Shown here: positions 60,773 through 64,000 of the stretch, piece by piece
Layout: each line of letters starts with the position of its first letter
Numbering within the stretch: position 1 is the stretch's first letter
From: an uncultured Holophagae bacterium
Lineage (GTDB): Bacteria; Acidobacteriota; Thermoanaerobaculia; Thermoanaerobaculales; Sulfomarinibacteraceae
Direction: 5' to 3'
Length of the DNA: 64,000 nt
NCBI GenBank assembly: GCA_963844865.1
Contig: CAWJPY010000006.1
Location: 187,421-251,420, forward strand
Translations under genes and position numbers: made by a program
The notes under the pieces: generated by a model
Databases searched by the model: none
Seen by the model: only the letters and a program-made list of their open reading frames with translations
Told to the model about the DNA's origin: nothing

Positions 60773-60827
60773 CTCCTGGTGCGGTCTGCGACGCCGGATC
60801 GCCGGGGCCCTTCGCTTCGGAAAGGCC

Positions 60828-60990
60828 AGAGGCGGTGCCAGGCACCGTTCGGAAAGGGGCGCACCGCCGTCTAGCAGCGCACGACCCGGTGCCTGGCACC
60901 GGCTTTGACGTGGCAACGTGCATCGACCCGGTGCCTGGCACCGGCTTTGACGTGGCAACGTGCATCGACGGGGTGCCCCGCACCGGCGTC
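60828..60990. repeat. REP-like palindrome cluster including a 42-bp tandem repeat (2 full copies plus a partial third)
   Basis: GGTGCCAGGCACC at 60834-60846. The unit CCCGGTGCCTGGCACCGGCTTTGACGTGGCAACGTGCATCGA occurs at 60885-60926 and is repeated identically at 60927-60968. A degenerate start of a third copy is at 60969-60990. Confidence 0.85.
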
Positions 60991-61088
60991 TCAAGGCGGT
61001 TCTGCGACGTTCACGCAGACAGCTTGCAGATAGCTGTGCACCAATCACTTAGCTTGACAGGGGCCGGCGCCGCTGGCACTGTGGCACC

Positions 61089-62510
61089 GTGGCACGCGTC
61101 CTCTTCGTCCAGGACTTCCTGTACGAGTCCTTCGGGCCGCAGCTCCTGGCCGCGGCCGCCGCCGGCAACGGCCACGAGTGCGACCTGATCATCCTGGCCT
61201 GCGAGGGCCGCAGGGCGCTGGCACGGACCCTGCGCCGGCTGCGCCCGGACGTGGTGGCCTTCTCCATCTCCTCCTTCGGCTACGACTGGTCGCTGGAGGC
61301 CGCTCGAGCCGCCAAGGAGGAGACGGGCGCCCTGAGGGTGTTCGGGGGCCCCCACCCGACCTTCGCGCCCGAGTTCGCGCGTCGGCCCGAGGTGGACGTC
61401 GCCTGCCGCGGCGAGGGGGAGGGCGCCTTCCTCGAACTCCTGGATGCGCTGGACCGCGGCGCGGACATCGCCGCCATCCCCAACCTCACGGTCAAGGGAC
61501 CCGACGGCGCGACGCGGGTCAACCCGGTCCGCCCCCTGGTCGGCGACCTGGACACCATCCCTTTTCCCGACCGCCGACTGCACTTCAAGTACGCCGCCCT
61601 GCGCGAGCTGCCCTACAAGCGCTTCCTGGTGGGCCGGGGCTGCCCCTACGGCTGCACCTACTGCTTCAACAAGGCGGCCCGGGAGATGTACCGCAAGCTC
61701 GGCAGGTACGTGCGCCACCGCTCGCCCGCCAACGTGGTGGCGGAGATCCTCGACGTGCACCGCCGCTGGGGCATCGGCACGGTGGGCTTCGTCGACGACA
61801 CCTTCACCACGGACAAGCGCTGGGTGCTCGAGTTCCTGGACCTGTACCGGCGCGAGGTGGCGATCCCCTTCACCTGCCTGGTGCGGGCCAACGAGCTGGA
61901 CGAGGAGGTGGCAGAGGCCCTCGGCGCCGCCGGCTGCCGCTACGCCTCCTTCGGCGTCGAGGTCGGCAACGAGCGGATCCGCAACACGATCCTGGGCCGC
62001 CGCATGTCCGACGAGCAGATCAGGACGGCCGCGTCCCTCCTCCACCAGAACAACGTCAAGTTCCTGACCTACAACATGTTCGGCGTCCCCGGGGAGACCC
62101 TGGAGGACGGCGTCCGCACGGTCCGCCTCAACGCCGAGATCGGCACCGACCTGGTGGGCTCGAGCGTCTTCCAGCCCCTCATCGGGACCGAGTCCTTCGA
62201 GTACTGCCGCCGCGAGGGCTTCCTGGACGAGGAGTACACGGTGGAGGACTTCGACCGCATCACCACCACCTCGCCCCTGCGCAACATGCCGGACCTGCGG
62301 CGCCTGGAGCGGCTGCACAAGATCGCCTTCCTGGGGGTCCACTTCCCACGGGCCATCCCACTGGTGGCCCGCCTCGCCCGTCTGCCCCTGGGGCCCCTCT
62401 ACACCGTCCTCTTCAAGCTGTCGCTGGTCCTGCGCTTCAAGGTGCGCTTCAACCTGTCCCTGGGCGACGTCATCCGCCTCGGCCTGCGCTCGGGCGGCCG
62501 CTTCGGCTGA
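61089..62510 (+). CDS. B12-binding domain-containing radical SAM protein
   Basis: The N-terminal Rossmann-like B12-binding region is followed by the CxxxCxxC cluster site GRGCPYGCTYCFN. GTG start. 473 aa. Confidence 0.85.
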   Translation: MARVLFVQDFLYESFGPQLLAAAAAGNGHECDLIILACEGRRALARTLRRLRPDVVAFSISSFGYDWSLEAARAAKEETGALRVFGGPHPTFAPEFARRPEVDVACRGEGEGAFLELLDALDRGADIAAIPNLTVKGPDGATRVNPVRPLVGDLDTIPFPDRRLHFKYAALRELPYKRFLVGRGCPYGCTYCFNKAAREMYRKLGRYVRHRSPANVVAEILDVHRRWGIGTVGFVDDTFTTDKRWVLEFLDLYRREVAIPFTCLVRANELDEEVAEALGAAGCRYASFGVEVGNERIRNTILGRRMSDEQIRTAASLLHQNNVKFLTYNMFGVPGETLEDGVRTVRLNAEIGTDLVGSSVFQPLIGTESFEYCRREGFLDEEYTVEDFDRITTTSPLRNMPDLRRLERLHKIAFLGVHFPRAIPLVARLARLPLGPLYTVLFKLSLVLRFKVRFNLSLGDVIRLGLRSGGRFG

Positions 62511-62729
62511 GCACGCCATCGCTTCCGGCCGCGTGAGACGGCGCACAGCATCTCCGAGAGGAGGGCAAATCACCCCACACGTGTGATGAATTGCACGGAC
62601 TGTGCACAGCGCACGACCTATATTGAGACAAACGAGCGCATCCGAGATCATTCTTCGCGATGCGTGTGTCCGTGGGCTTGCCGCCCCACGGGTCGTCTCG
62701 AGGGGGCACGGGGGAGGAAGGGGTGAACG

Positions 62730-63287
62730 ATGGCCACCGAAGACGTCGTCCAGAAGCCTGACTCCGAATCGAGGATGACCGCCTGGCAGGCCGGCATGAC
62801 CCTCATCGAGCTGGTGGTCAGCCTCTGGATCATCTCGATCCTGTCCATCATGGCGCTGTCGATGCTCAACGGACGCATCGAGAAGGCGCGCCTGGCCCGA
62901 TGCATGACCGACCTGCGGTCCGTCCAGTCCACGGCCTGGGCCCACAGCGACGGGATGCAGTTCCTGGCTCCAAAGGACTTCTGGAACGTGGCCTGGGCCG
63001 GCAAGCAGCCCGGGCCCTACTACTACTTCACCGCGGACTTCGACCATAACGCCGGCCACGGCAACGATGTCGTCGACCTGTGCGACCCCGACAACCCCGG
63101 CAAGTCAAAGGCCAGCCGGGAATGCAGGGACGTCAAGTTCTTCATCCTGTGCCAGCACGACCATGGTCTCCTGGCCAAGTACGTCTACGTCGAGGACGAG
63201 GGGCCGCCCAAGCTGGCCGGGTGGACGTCGGAGACCGACCCCGGCTACGACTACTTCGTGGACAACCCTCCGGATTACGACAAGTAA
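62730..63287 (+). CDS. Prepilin-type N-terminal cleavage/methylation domain protein (pilin/pseudopilin-like)
   Basis: QAG-MTLIELVVSLWIISILSIMAL is the class III signal. As called, the leader is unusually long (22 aa). Internal M16 would give a 7-aa leader. Confidence 0.72.
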   Translation: MATEDVVQKPDSESRMTAWQAGMTLIELVVSLWIISILSIMALSMLNGRIEKARLARCMTDLRSVQSTAWAHSDGMQFLAPKDFWNVAWAGKQPGPYYYFTADFDHNAGHGNDVVDLCDPDNPGKSKASRECRDVKFFILCQHDHGLLAKYVYVEDEGPPKLAGWTSETDPGYDYFVDNPPDYDK

Positions 63288-63320
63288 GGCGGCCTGCTCC
63301 CCCGGCGAGACTGGAAAAGC

Positions 63321-64000
63321 TCAGAACGAGAACGTGTAGATGCAGGCCAGGCGGTTGTCGATGAAGGCCCCGTGGGGCGAGCCCTCGAAGTCACGCACCC
63401 CCACGTGGTCCTCGATCGTCAGGGCCTCGAGAGCACCGGTGAAGTGGTACACGACGCCGGCGTCCACCGCCCACTGCTCCTGGTTCCGGACGGGCTCTCC
63501 CCGGGGGAAACCGTAGGGCCCGTCCACGGGATAGGCCGCGCCGCCGAAGCCGTAGCGCACGCGATACCGCACCACCGCCGCCGACAGGGTGAGGTTCCCG
63601 CTCACGCTATACGCGGTCTTGACGCCGTAGGCGTAGCCGGGTCCCACATCGGCGATGCCGTTGTTCATGGTGTCCGTGAAGAGGGTGCCGCTGAGGTCGT
63701 TGTAGGGATGGACCAGGCCGCCGTGACGGAAGGTGCCGAAGCGCTCCGGCGAGTAGTTGCCCACCAGCGTGACGTGCCCGCCCGCGAACGCGAGCCCCAC
63801 CAGGGCGCCGTAGATGCGCGCGTGCACCGCTCCCAGCCGGTCCGCCCCCGATCCGCTCTCGCTGACGAGCTGTCCGGCTACCAGGGGCGTCACCGATCTC
63901 GGGCCGGGTGCGGTGTAACGCGCCTCCAGGTAGCCGAGCCGGGCGAAGTCGCAGAAGTCGTAGTACCAGGCCTCGGCCCGGACCTGTCCCTTGGAGATGG
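63321..64000 (-). CDS. Outer-membrane beta-barrel protein (3' part; gene continues beyond window end)
   Basis: The frame stays open to position 64000. Alternating beta-strand pattern rich in G/Y. The C-terminal sequence CIYTFSF ends in an aromatic residue, typical of BAM substrates. Confidence 0.6.
   Translation of the reverse strand, partial: ISKGQVRAEAWYYDFCDFARLGYLEARYTAPGPRSVTPLVAGQLVSESGSGADRLGAVHARIYGALVGLAFAGGHVTLVGNYSPERFGTFRHGGLVHPYNDLSGTLFTDTMNNGIADVGPGYAYGVKTAYSVSGNLTLSAAVVRYRVRYGFGGAAYPVDGPYGFPRGEPVRNQEQWAVDAGVVYHFTGALEALTIEDHVGVRDFEGSPHGAFIDNRLACIYTFSF

Noticed and set aside
60885-60990. CRISPR array
   Set aside because: The 42-bp units are directly adjacent with no spacers. 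There are only two full copies, and there are no cas genes in the window.
62586-62726. 46-codon Cys-rich ORF (MNCTDCAQRTTYIETNERIRDHSSRCVCPWAC...) between the radical SAM and pilin genes, as a RiPP precursor
   Set aside because: There is no RBS at a usable distance. Third-position GC is much lower than in real genes here. The region is better explained as the pilin promoter or leader.

Overview
This is a high-GC chromosomal window from a Gram-negative bacterium. Hand counts of 60-nt lines give roughly 65-73% G+C in core genes. The gene content looks Acidobacteriota-like, but the taxon cannot be fixed from sequence alone.

Core blocks:
- An FHA protein tail, then a GldA/GldF/GldG-like ABC transporter operon plus a DUF4340 gene, with a consensus sigma-54 promoter upstream.
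- A PEP/pyruvate-binding protein, glutamate dehydrogenase and a GT4 glycosyltransferase.
- tRNA-Asn, a DUF3891-like gene, phosphoglucomutase/phosphomannomutase, enolase, ftsB and initiator tRNA-fMet.
- Lipid and membrane genes: a PlsC-type acyltransferase, DUF2177 and DUF1295.
- An RND efflux operon with one adaptor and two tandem permeases.
- A triple-rhodanese sulfurtransferase, an IPTL-CTERM protein and a beta-lactamase-family hydrolase.
- A CadC-like/TPR regulator, an erythromycin-esterase-family protein and two PD40 propeller proteins.
- A frameshifted aldo/keto reductase, the M3 peptidase Dcp, a B12-binding radical SAM protein, a prepilin-like protein and a partial outer-membrane barrel.

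An accessory mosaic of lower and patchy GC starts directly after tRNA-fMet (about 15.7 kb) and runs to about 28.6 kb. It holds IS110, IS91 and RayT-like transposase remnants, hicBA, truncated WD40 and methyltransferase genes, and a secreted ankyrin-repeat protein.

Observations most worth follow-up:
1. A recurring module of a DUF4892-like OmpA protein followed by a divergent, Cys-rich, low-GC secreted protein. There are two paired loci and one orphan paralog.
2. A repeated intergenic element family built around a four-helix-bundle (23S-IVS/Avd-like) gene. One copy is intact, with a large compound hairpin, and two are decayed.
3. Arrays of AT-rich (G/C)AATTNN units with 7-bp phasing, placed just 3' of two unrelated genes.
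4. GGTGCC(A/T)GGCACC palindromes forming about 75-bp inverted repeats that bracket dcp, plus a 42-bp tandem repeat.
5. Several genes broken by single-base indels or in-frame TAG codons.

All functional calls come from motif recognition by eye. No database search was run.
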